Origin: Octopus vulgaris
Lineage: Eukaryota
NCBI GenBank assembly: GCA_951406725.2
Contig: OX597821.1
Span: 75,640,001-75,704,000 of the forward strand
Direction: 5' to 3'
DNA: 64,000 nucleotides
Shown here in pieces: positions 1 through 11,910 of this stretch. Made by a program: the position numbers and the translations under genes. The notes below the pieces were generated by a model that did not search any database, had not been told where the DNA came from, and was given only the letters and a program-made list of their open reading frames with translations. The stretch's first letter is position 1, and the number at the start of each line of letters is the position of its first letter.

Positions 1-1
1 T

Positions 2-251
2 ACTGTTATTTAGCCATAGGAAACACCGTTTCCTCTTGGGCTTGACACGTTTCCTGTGTTCTTATGTTTTCAAAGTGGAGACAAGCACCTCCACCCAGGA
101 AAGCCAGCATCCAGAGACTAGTTTCAGAGTCATTGCTCATCATCAGTTGCTGGGTGGATGTGCTTACACCCAACCCCCCTTGAAAACATAAGGACACAGG
201 AAATGCGTCAAATCCTACAGGAAACAGTGTTTCCTAGGGCTAAATAACAGT
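2..251. mobile_element. Fold-back element: ~72-bp inverted arms (2-73 / 180-251) around a ~106-bp loop containing a hammerhead-like motif
   Basis: ACTGTTATTTAGCCATAGGAAACACCGTTTCCT...CTTATGTTTTCAA (2-73) is the reverse complement, with some mismatches, of TTGAAAACATAAG...AGGAAACAGTGTTTCCTAGGGCTAAATAACAGT (180-251). The left arm may continue beyond the window edge. Confidence 0.8.
111..153 (-). ncRNA. Minimal type I hammerhead ribozyme-like motif
   Basis: Minus strand reads CCAGCAA CUGAUGA UGAG CAAUGA CUCU GAAAC UA GUC UCUGG. All core nucleotides are present, stem III is the palindrome ACUAGU, the triplet is GUC, and CCAG/CUGG can form a bulged stem I. U.U mismatch at the base of stem II. Confidence 0.7.
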
Positions 252-1070
252 GGCATTTTCCCCTTTCATGGCACTGTCACATTAAGTTGACAACGTACTA
301 TCCCTTTATCGTGGTGCTACTACATAAATCTCTCTGACAGATTTAGTAATGTATTATTTCAATCTTTAATTTTGTTCTGAACAGTAATACCTATAACCTT
401 ATATGTAAATCAGCTTTAATGTATGAGCATTACCTTCGAGTGATAATAAAATTATCATTGCTCTTATACAATTTAACATTGCAAAAATTATTCACCAGTG
501 AGTTTCTTGCAGAAATATAGTTTTATGTTTTAGGACAATGTTACAATTCCAGTCATTCCCCACTAAATACACAAATGAGTTCTGAAGCTATTTATTGATT
601 TCTTTCGCGAGGAATGCAGGATGGCCTTAATGAGACTTGGAAACGGTTTACTCGTTCAAATGCATTCAGTGGGGATCTCCGCACACCGGACGCCAATACG
701 TTTCAGGTGCCATCGGGGAAAAATTACGCACCGTTTCGGGGACTTCCTCCCGGCGGCTTTATAGGACACTGGTCCCCAACAATGGCGAGCGCATCCGCCT
801 AATGGATCGACTGACTTATTCGATTTTAAGCCCATTTTAGGTTCAGCACCATCATTTAAGTTTCGAACCAACGACAAGTTTCAAAATTGCATTCTTGAAT
901 AACAAATTCAATTCCAAAATCTCACTTACAGTATCCAAATTTATATACATACAACCATGCATATTTCTAGAAACACACACAAACGTACATAGAGTTTCTC
1001 CTTTTCTCTCTTCCGTTCCTCTACGTGCACACACACATACACGAGTCTCGTCAACTGCTTTAAATGTGCT

Positions 1071-1108
1071 TCGCTGATGAGGTCTACAAAGATCAAAACA
1101 CGTCCATT
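1071..1108 (+). ncRNA. Degenerate minimal hammerhead-like motif
   Basis: CUGAUGA GGUCU ACAA AGAUC AAAAC AC GUC: 5-bp stem II, G12 changed to A, poor stem I. Confidence 0.5.
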
Positions 1109-1204
1109 ATTTTGATCCGCTGGCGTTAAAGAGTAGACTCGCTTCTTACAGTACCACGCTTGTGTTACATACCTTCGTAGTTTTCAGAAATTGTCAGCGA
1201 TATT

Positions 1205-1422
1205 TTTTTACTCTTTTTACTCTTTTTACTTGTTTCAGTCATTTGACTGCGGCCATGCTGGAGCACCGCCTTTAGTCGAGCAAATCGATCCCGGGACTTA
1301 TTCTATGTAAGCCCAGTACTTATTCTATCGGTCTCTTTGGCCGAACCGCTAAGTGACGGGGACGTAAACATACCAGCATCGGTTGTCAAGCAATGCTAGG
1401 GGGACAAACACAGACACACAAA

Positions 1423-1461
<39 letters not shown>

Positions 1462-1633
1462 CATATATACGACAGGCTTCTTTCAGTTTCCGTGTACGAA
1501 ATCCACTCACAAGGCATTGGTCGGCCCGGGGCTATAGCAGAAGACACTTGCCCAAGATGCCACGCAGTGGGACTGAACCCGGAACCATGTGGTTGGTTAG
1601 CAAGCTACTTACCACACAGCCACTCCTGTGCCT
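1205..1633 (-). mobile_element. tRNA-derived SINE, family A (internal microsatellite, CR1-like 3' tail)
   Basis: Minus strand AGGCACAGGAGTGGCTGTGTGGTAAG (A box)...GGGTTCAGTCCC (B box)...CAGCATGGCCGCAGTCAAATGACTGAAACAAGTAAAAAGAG. Near-identical to 16231-16657. Confidence 0.9.
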
Positions 1634-1794
1634 GTTGATATATACTTTTATTTACGTACTACATACGCCAGAAAGGAATTTTTTTTTACTAATAGCAGCG
1701 ACTTTGTGTGTGTGTGTATGTATGTATGTATGTATGTATGTATTTGGAATAAGGTGTTTTATGCATACGGATCGATAATATATAAATATAAATA

Positions 1795-2025
1795 TTTCTT
1801 TACTACCCACAAATAGCTAAACACAGAGGGGACGAACAAGGAGAGACAAACAGATTAAGTCGATTATATCGACCCCAGTGCGTAACTGGTACTTAATTTA
1901 TCGACGCCGAAAGGATGAAAGACAAAGTCGACCTCGGCGGAATTTGAACTCAGAACGTAGCGACAGACGAAATACCGCTAAGCATTTAGCCCGGCGTGCT
2001 AACGTTTCTGCCAGCTCGCCGCCTT
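1795..2025 (-). mobile_element. tRNA-derived SINE, family B
   Basis: Minus strand GGCGGCGAGCTGGCAGAAACGTTAGC...GAGTTCAAATTCCGCCGAGGTCGACTTTG...TCGATAAATTAAGTACCAG. Many copies in the window. Confidence 0.9.
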
Positions 2026-2114
2026 TCGATCATATATAAATATACGTACATACATACATGCATATATGCATACATGCATACATACATGCATACATACATA
2101 CATACATACATACA

Positions 2115-2148
<34 letters not shown>

Positions 2149-2268
2149 CATATACATATACATATGTATTCGGATTACTTATCTGGTTAGCATAGAAATA
2201 AAAATGGTAACAGATGCATACACATCACACACACACACATATATATATATATGTATATATATAATGTA

Positions 2269-2321
<53 letters not shown>

Positions 2322-2539
2322 TCATGTGCACGGGCACACACAAAGGCACACACTTAAACACAGAAGTAAATAAAGGAAGCACTATGGGGACTGTGATGCA
2401 TTTACAAGTTTCCTACTTTCTATACATTTGTACATGCGCATTAGGTGCACTTCTTGATATTATTCTCTGTTGTTTTAAATATGTGCAAAAGTCATCGTTT
2501 TTGCAGATATGTATATTTAAATAAGTTAAAAGCATAGGT

Positions 2540-3255
2540 TATCTGAGTTCCGAAACGGATAAAGTCTTGGAGCATGGATGGTTCAAGCTGCAGTCACTAA
2601 AATTACTGATCTGCTTATGTTTGGTGAGGTGCCGTCTCTAAAATCCTGTTGGCTTTCAAAAATCGTAGCAAAACCAACTTTGGGAAGCATAAATCTGAAT
2701 GAGAGTCAAAGCTCACCCAAAGGAATCGTAGTACCACAGCAGCAAACGTGAGAGCCGATCTAAGCTATCACCTGAGCAACCTTGTATCAATCAAAACCTC
2801 CATACAGCAGGATATCACTGGAGAGCTGTAGCCATCGTTAGCGAAGAAAATACTACCTAGACTATCAAAAGTGGTCAATGATTGGAAGGACCAATTATAT
2901 ATTTTCATATTTTCCAACTTCGGGGAGGGTGTACGTCAGGTGAAAAAATCTTTCAAGCCCAACTTTTTAGACCCCCAACGAGAAGCATGGTGGTGATTCT
3001 GTGCTGATTCGAACAGCGATATAAATTTCTAGGCAGTTTAGTTAACATACCAGGGATAATGTGAATGATTAGCTGATCCTTAGCTGATCATTTCTATCTA
3101 TTGTACAAACATAGTTTTCTGATGGTTGCGTGATCTTACAGGACCAGAATGACCCGATTCATATTGCTTACGGTATTCAAAATTGGTACCAACAGTACAA
3201 AAGAGAAGCAGATCACTTGAATTGGTCCCTGCAATTACTAGATCTCAATACAAAC
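2540..3255 (+). pseudogene. Decayed Tc1-family (DD34E) transposase
   Basis: Frameshifted peptides RSTTAANVRADL, AGYHWRAVA, KHGGDSVLI and ILQDQNDPIH...W...HLNWSLQLLDLN match the Tc1 motifs TVKHGGGSVM, FQDDNAPIH and WPAQSPDLN. Confidence 0.8.
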
Positions 3256-3726
3256 AATGCAGGTGAGAGGCGGCGAGCTGGCAGAAACAATTGGACGAGA
3301 TATCAGGGCAGTGATTGGTGTCAAAGGGAGACAAACGGAGTATGATAAAAATAATAATACTTCCATTTCACAAGATTTTCTCATCATTTTCTCATTCACA
3401 TCTCTATTCTATTGAGATAAAATATACACATTTTTTGGTGTGTATATTTCAGTATAAATATATCTATATATCTATATGTATGTCGGTGTGTATGCTTGTA
3501 TGTTGCATATACATTCGCGTATATGGTCTATTTTTGACAGTTTCTTAACACATTTACTTATTCTTATATGGCGGCAGGTTCGACCCTAGCTTCACTCACT
3601 TGGCAATCAATTGCTCAAGGAGTCTATGTGCGCGTGTGTATGTTTGTGTGTATGCGTGTGTATGCTTGCGTGCCTGTATTTATATATTTGGATACATCTA
3701 TATATACATAATTATGTCTATATCCA

Positions 3727-3815
<89 letters not shown>

Positions 3816-4012
3816 GTCTGTCTGTCTGTCTGTCTGTCCGTCCACCTGTCTGTCTGTCTGTATGTATGTGCGTATGCATGTATATGTACGTGTGTATATA
3901 CACGTATATGCTCCTGTGGTGAAGCGCACACGTTCTTCAGTGTCTTTTTATAATATATCTCTGTACGCACACTCTTAATCACACACACACACAAATATAC
4001 ACTTATATATGT

Positions 4013-4043
<31 letters not shown>

Positions 4044-4111
4044 TATATACATATATACTATGGCTGGCTCGTTGACTGACTGCATGTATACATTATTTAC
4101 GTATGAATGTT

Positions 4112-4149
<38 letters not shown>

Positions 4150-4512
4150 CTTGTGAGTATGCGTGTTATGCATGTGTATAATCCGTGTGTTGTGATGGAA
4201 GTATGGATGGCTGTAAGGATTATCTTCATATTCCTATTCACTTCTGACAGCTGCCTTGCCACTAGCACGGTTCATGTCGAATACTACACATGCCAGTTTT
4301 GAGAGTCACGTGCTGAAAATTCAATTTTTATATATTTACGAGATAAATATTCTCTGTACATACATTGGCGCATGCATGCATCCACACTTGCGCCAATACG
4401 CACCTCACGCCGGCATGCAACCATATAAATTTACTATACATTCTTGATATATTGTATATAAATATAACTATAATATATACAGCAGGTGTGTATACGTATG
4501 TATGTACGTACG

Positions 4513-4582
<70 letters not shown>

Positions 4583-4670
4583 CACACACATGTGTACATA
4601 TATATAATTTATATATATATATATATATAATTTATATATATATATATATATATATACATGTGTACATATA

Positions 4671-4711
<41 letters not shown>

Positions 4712-4973
4712 GTATACTATACACAGTGTGCCTGTATATGTATATATATGTATACATCTATGCCTGTCACTGTCTATATATATTCATATATGTATGTCCC
4801 CCACTCGCTCTTTAAAAAGATGTGTGTTTGTGTGTGTGTGTGTGTGTGTGCGTACGTGTATGCATGTGCCTGCTCACGCGACAGTATGCGTATGCATGCA
4901 TAAATGCATATATACGAAGTACACAAATAGAAGTACATAAATCATATTTTCCAGTAAATTGCAGCATTGAATT

Positions 4974-5018
<45 letters not shown>

Positions 5019-5361
5019 CACAACCTTACAGCTTTGACCCAGTCACTACGCTAACGACAAGTGTTCAACCGTTGATTTTACGATTGCACTTTTTGACGCC
5101 TGTTTGTCTGAACGTAGGAAGACGTACCAAAACCATAGTCAGCAAACTGCAACTCTTGTTAAATTTAGTAGCTTCAGCAATACATAATGACAAACAACTA
5201 AAGCCCCACTTCGTTTTCCATATAAAGAATTCTGTAAAAATAGGAGTTTGGTTCAACTTTTGAGTTTAAGGAAATCCTATCGTGAATCAATATTCTTTAA
5301 TCGTTAAAAATTGTATGCCTGTATATCTGCTAGTTAAAGTTTAACTCATTAAACCCTATTA

Positions 5362-5389
5362 TACATACATGCATGCATACATACATACA

Positions 5390-5423
<34 letters not shown>

Positions 5424-5686
5424 CATACATACATACATACATACGTACGTACGTGCATACATACATATATACATACATACATACATTCATACATACGTTG
5501 TACGTGCATACATACATACATACATACATACATACATACATACATACATACGTACATACATACGTACAAGCGTCCATACATACATACGTACATACATACA
5601 TGCATACATACGTACATACATACATACATACATACATACATACATACATACATACATACATACATTCATATAGACACATACGCTCA

Positions 5687-5719
<33 letters not shown>

Positions 5720-5720
5720 C
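5362..5720. repeat. (TACA)n-rich compound microsatellite
   Basis: Direct reading. It explains the MYVC/HTYI pseudo-ORFs. Confidence 0.95.
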
Positions 5721-5930
5721 TTTTATTTTAATTTTACTATCGAATGATATTTGATTTCGTGGTTTTCTTGAAAATTTTCAGCTCACGTGAATTATTTTTA
5801 AAGGGAACTTTCAAAGTAATCGATACTGAATTGTGGTTTTAGGTATTTATTTATATAATACACAGATACATTTAATACATACATACATACATACATACAT
5901 ACATACATACATACATACATGCATACATAC

Positions 5931-5961
<31 letters not shown>

Positions 5962-5991
5962 CACACATTCATATATATATATATGTATATA

Positions 5992-6075
<84 letters not shown>

Positions 6076-6464
6076 TATGTATATGCATATACACACTCAC
6101 GCACATGCACACACATTTACATTGTGTTATTAAACAATATGTCATAATTTACTATACTACTCTCAGCAATAAACAGTCAGATTCTTTTTTTCCTCTTCGT
6201 TATTTTATTATTGATTCGAAAATAATCGATTTTAACAGTAAATGCCTTTTTTTACAGAAACGAAATTTTAGCATCGAAGATATTTAACTGAATTGAAAAA
6301 AAAATATTTCAATAACTGAGAATTGTTGATTTTATGGCATTTTTCTCTCTGACCCCCTAACCTGTTGCAAATAGTTCTTGTTGTTACATTGTGAAACAGG
6401 TGACCCATCCATAACAGTAATTATGTGATGAGACATTGAAGTTATCGTTTATGTTTAACCAGTT

Positions 6465-7140
6465 AATAGTTTCAGCCGGAGACTGAGGCCATGATACAGC
6501 ACTGCCTATCAGTACGTTTGTGTTTCTGTTTACCACTGTTTTCGGTGAAGCAGCGAGTTGGGCGGAACTGGTTTTCTTTGTGCCTTCTTGTGGATTCATC
6601 TGGTATTTCAGCTAAACATTTGTCCGAACGCTCCTTGAAGACTTCCACATCTACACCACGCAAATGTCTGAGATTGCTTGACAGAATGTTGAACAGTTGT
6701 GAACTCTTGCAACCCAAGATGTGACAGTATTAGGTCCTTATTCTAAATGAAAAAAAAACAGGATCTTTGATGCTATGCAGCGCCGTCTAGTTCGATGGTT
6801 TCTATAGCTTTTAATTCTAGGAGGGCGGCGAGCTGGCAGAAACGTTAGCACGCCGGGCGAAATGCGTAGCCGTATTTCGTCTGCGCTACGTTCCGAGTTC
6901 AAATTCGATATATTAAGTACCAGTTACGCACTGGAGTCGATTTAATCGACTAAATCCCTTTGTCTGTCCTTGTTTGCCCACTCTGTGTTTAGCCCCTTGT
7001 GGGTAGTAATGAAATAGATAGCTTTCAATTCCAAATTCGGGAGCTGGACCTTCCAGGATCTTCCATACACTTATCACTGCATATCATTCAGATCTTCTCT
7101 TTCAGGAATAGAACCTCTGTTCCTTTAGCCTCTGCCAAAC
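6465..7140 (-). mobile_element. CR1-type LINE 3' fragment interrupted by a family B SINE
   Basis: Minus-strand peptides WQRLKEQRFYS, YAVISVWKILEGPAPEFGIES and SQLFNILSSNLRHLRGVDVEVFKERSDKCLAEIPDE. 3' tail CATGGCCTCAGTCTCCGGCTGAAAC. Confidence 0.8.
6822..7017 (+). mobile_element. SINE family B with ~14-bp target-site duplication
   Basis: Head GGCGGCGAGCTGGCAGAAAC. Flanked by ATAGCTTTTAATTC (6804-6817) and ATAGCTTTCAATTC (7018-7031). Confidence 0.85.
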
Positions 7141-7280
7141 TCTTATTTCTAACATTGATTTGAACCGTTAACAATTGGTCAGAATTATAATTAAATCCTT
7201 GCATATTTGCTAACAATTTCATGCTGAGACTCATTAACTCGTAAGGCAGGCGTCGGCATTTATTCTTAAAAAAATTTTTT

Positions 7281-7760
7281 TTAGTTTCTTTTGCTTGTTT
7301 CAGTCGGCAGACGACGGTCATACTGGGCCACCGTCTTGAAGAAGTTTTTGTCAGGTGAATCTGCCCTAAGGTTTATTGTGGGCCACCGCCTTGAAGAACT
7401 GTTTATCGAGTGAATCGACCCTAAAGCTTATTTTTAAAAAGCCTGGCACTTATTCTATCGGTTCTTTTTGCCGAACCGCTATGTTACGGAGACATAAACA
7501 CACCAACACCGGTTGTTAAGCGGTGGTGGAGGAAAAACACAAAGACACACGCAGATACAAAGACACACACACACTCACACACAGGCACACACGCGCGCAT
7601 ATACAACGGGATTCTTTCGGTTTCCGTCTACTAAATCCACTCACAAGGATTTGGTCGACCCGAGGATATAGTAGAAAACACTTACCCAAGGTGCCACGCA
7701 GTAGGACTGAACCGAGAACTATGTGGCTGGGAAGCAAGTTTCTTACCGCACAGCCACGCT
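7281..7760 (-). mobile_element. SINE family A, diverged copy
   Basis: Colinear with 1205-1633. Has a local duplication of TGGGCCACCG(T/C)CTTGAAGAA near the tail. Confidence 0.85.
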
Positions 7761-9460
7761 AACGACAAACTACTTTACGACATGTAGTTACTAAACTTTC
7801 GGTTAGGAGTTCATAATACATCGTGCTGGACTTTGCTCTCACCTATAAATTAAATACCAGTTCAGTAGGTTTAATCAACTACCCGCTCTCTACCAAAACA
7901 ACTAAGGCTTTTGCCTATGATGGGAAATCAATGCAATTTAACTGAATTTTTCTATATCCATTATAAAGCTAATATTTGAAAAGAAATTGGAATAAAATGA
8001 TACTAACTTTACTGCAAGGACTTATTACTTATTTCATGGAATAAATATGGATCAACTGAGCAGCTAATTCAGTCTGTATGGGATATCAGTCATATAAGCG
8101 AGACCAACTGTTTGACATAGTGTTTGTTTTCGTTTTACAATGACACGCAACTAAATTTTTACAGGAGTAATGTCACTAATTAAACCGATTAGTAATATTA
8201 ATTTTTTATCAGGTAGAGAAAATAGAAACTAAATTCTCTCTGAATGTGATTTGATCTCAGAATACAAAGAATGGGATTCAATAGACTCGGAACCACATTT
8301 CTTCCACACCTCTTGTCACCATAATCAACTCAATAACAGCTTTTACTTTCGCCAAACATGATTATTGTTTACACTCTGTAAAGAACTGCTTAATCTTTTT
8401 GTTATTATAGAATTAGCCGTGTTACGATTTGAAATTGTGTAGTTTAAATTTCTAGATAGTATCTGTAAAAATATATTTTTTCTGTCGGGAAGAATCTTTG
8501 TCTTTGTTCTGTTTTATTACTGCTAGGGCTGTGGATTCTTAGACAGTATAATCTTCTTAGCTTCTTTCTCTGTATTAAGTCATCAGTGAGAAAAACCAAA
8601 GAGGCAAACCTTCAAAACTGGCCGTTACGTTGCTTCACTGGTCACAGCTATATTGATCAACGAAGATGAAAGAGGAGACAAAATATTTTAACAATCAGGT
8701 TACGAGAGGTGATTTACAACTCTGCATTTTACTGTCAGATTAATTTCATAGATCATAAGTTAGTCAGCTTTTCTTACTACTATTTCGTGCGCTTCACTAA
8801 CTGACTGAGCTGCACGGAATTGGCCAGCGCTCTGTGAGCTTCATGACATACGCTAACGATTTATGATGGCGAGCTCATTTCCCTGTACTATTCAACCGTG
8901 ACATTAAGAACAAATTTAAGTCGGCTTTTAGTATCACAGCTGGGAATCATCAACATCATTTAGAATGCACTAGTGGTGATATTAGTTAGAGTTAGGGAAG
9001 GGAGAGCGAGCGAGAGAGGTGTGGAGAAGAATGAGAGGGAGAGAGAAAGAAGATAGTTTTACTTAGATATTTGACTGACCATAGGAATTATCCGTTGGAT
9101 CACCGATAGAACATATTTCGCTTAAAAAGGACCGGACGAATGGCTTAAGCGACAAAATGCAAAGCAATCTGTTAGTGTCATTGGTGGTGGTTGACTTTTC
9201 TAACAACTTTCCGCAGTAATCGTCTCAAAACAAAAAAGAAATAATAATAATAATAATAATAGTTATAAGGAAATTAGAGAAAGCTTTGAGAGTGGCGGAG
9301 ATTTCTTTTATTGTAGAGGAATAAAGATAAGAGCATAAATGTAAGTTGCGAGTAAAGATCTAGTTTCGGGTAACTTATGATTATGAGAAAATCTTAGGAA
9401 ATTAACACAGTAAAGTTTAGATTTCAAGCAAACCAACTGCCCGTCCACAACACAATATGT

Positions 9461-9536
<76 letters not shown>

Positions 9537-9682
9537 CCTTCTTTCCTGAGCGTCCAATAATACGTTATTTGTTCCACGTCCTCGCGTTGCTGTGTTTTTT
9601 TTTTTGTGTTTTCTTTTTTGTGTTTTCTTGTTTGGATTAACTATATATATATATATATGTATGTATGTATGTATATACATGC

Positions 9683-9721
<39 letters not shown>

Positions 9722-10065
9722 TATATTTATATATGCATACATATATATATATGTATATAAACATGTGTGTGTATATATATGTATTTGTGTATACATGTAT
9801 GTATATATATATACCTACATATATATATTTATAGAATATGTATATATATGTGTATGTATATAAATGTGTGTGTATATATATATATGTACTTGTGTGTACA
9901 TATGTATGCATTTATAGATATATCCACAGACACACACAAATATATATAAATACACACACACAAAATCATACACACACGCCAAACACATATATGGAAATCA
10001 TACCTAATATTTATAGTAAACATTAAGTATGTATATGAATATATATGTATGTATAAAAATGTCTG

Positions 10066-10098
<33 letters not shown>

Positions 10099-10510
10099 GC
10101 GTATATATATATGTACTTGTGTATATATGTAAGCATATATACATATATCTACACACACGCACACACACACACACACATATAAAGACACACACACAAACAC
10201 ACACGCGCGCGCGCGTGTAACACATACATGGAAATCATACCTAATATTTATAGTAAACATATACTTAGAGCCCCGGTGAGAATATTAGCCGGAGATAAAC
10301 CACAAAAATTTCAACAATGAAAGTAAGAAGCATTAAACGTCCAGGTTAGTTGCTTCGAAGTTTACTATTTGTCATAACTAGGCTAAAAACACGCTTTTTG
10401 AGCATCTTTCATACGATTTGCTTAAACCTCATTATGCGTAGATTATATTGACAACTACAGGTATGACACGGATACTCACATTCGTACACGTATATGCGAG
10501 TACGTTTGTG

Positions 10511-10627
<117 letters not shown>

Positions 10628-10632
10628 TCACG

Positions 10633-10717
<85 letters not shown>

Positions 10718-10722
<5 letters not shown>

Positions 10723-10930
10723 TTACTGGTTTACTTGTTTCGGTCATTTGACTGCGGTCATGCTAGAGCACCGCGTTTAGTCGAACAAATCGACCCCAGG
10801 ACTTATTCTTTGTAAGCTTAGCGCTTATTCTATAGGTTCCTTTTTGCCGAACTGCTAGGGTACGAGGAGGTAAACACACCAACATCGGTGTCAAGTGAGA
10901 GTTGGGGGACAAACATAGACACACAAATAC

Positions 10931-10979
<49 letters not shown>

Positions 10980-11143
10980 CGATGAGATTCTTTCAGTTTC
11001 CGTCCACCAAATCCACTCAAGACTTTTGTCAGCCCAAGGCTACAGTAGAAGACGCATGGCCCGAGGTGCCATGCAGTGGAACTGAACCCGGAACTGTGCG
11101 ATTGGGAAGCAAGCTTCATACTACACAGCCACTTCAGCGCCTA
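10718..11143 (-). mobile_element. SINE family A
   Basis: Same head, body and GGTCATTTGACTGCGG tail as the other copies. Confidence 0.88.
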
Positions 11144-11860
11144 TTTAAACAGTGACAAAGAATGCAGGGAGCACCAGCTTTGCTAGAAATAGGAGTCAAA
11201 GGATTCTTTAGCCACAGAAAGCACATATTCTATTCAATGACAGGGGAGACAAACTCCCCACCACAACTGAGTGGCGTCAATGTATATAGATTTTACCATG
11301 GGAATGAATGGAGTTTGTCTCTCCTATCAGGAAATAGAAAATGAGCTTTCTGTGACTAAATGTGTATAGATCAAATTTCACTGATTAGCTTATTAATAAG
11401 CCTTGATCTTGTAACTGTAATTGTCTGGGTAAATACATTTATCACAATACTGTAGTTTTTCTAGTACTACATTATGATTCGTATAAGAAAAAGAAGGAAA
11501 AGCATTTTGCGTTTCCAGTATGCACTGTTGTGGAAGGAAGAAAGAATAGACAAGTAGAGAAAAATAAACAACAAAATAATGGAGTAAGGAACGCATAGCA
11601 CACACATTCTTATACACACATGTATATATACATATGCACTTGCATGCATAATACATACATGCATGCATGTATATACACACATAAATCTATATATACATAA
11701 ATACGTATATACATATATATATTTTTTTTTTTTTTACTAATATATAAATATGTATATATATGTATGTATGTGTGTGTATATGCGTGTATATATAAATAAA
11801 TATATATATATTTATGTATGTATATATGTGTATATGTGTATGTGTGTTTTTGTGTGTGTG

Positions 11861-11910
<50 letters not shown>

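Noticed and set aside
8560-8590. CUGAUGA...GAAA on the minus strand
   Set aside because: No adequate stem II or stem I, so treated as chance. Likewise CTGACGAGGAAAC near 30344 and CTGATGA near 49921.
9350-9400. GAAACUAGAUC on the minus strand, resembling a hammerhead 3' half
   Set aside because: No CUGANGA box or paired stem II upstream.
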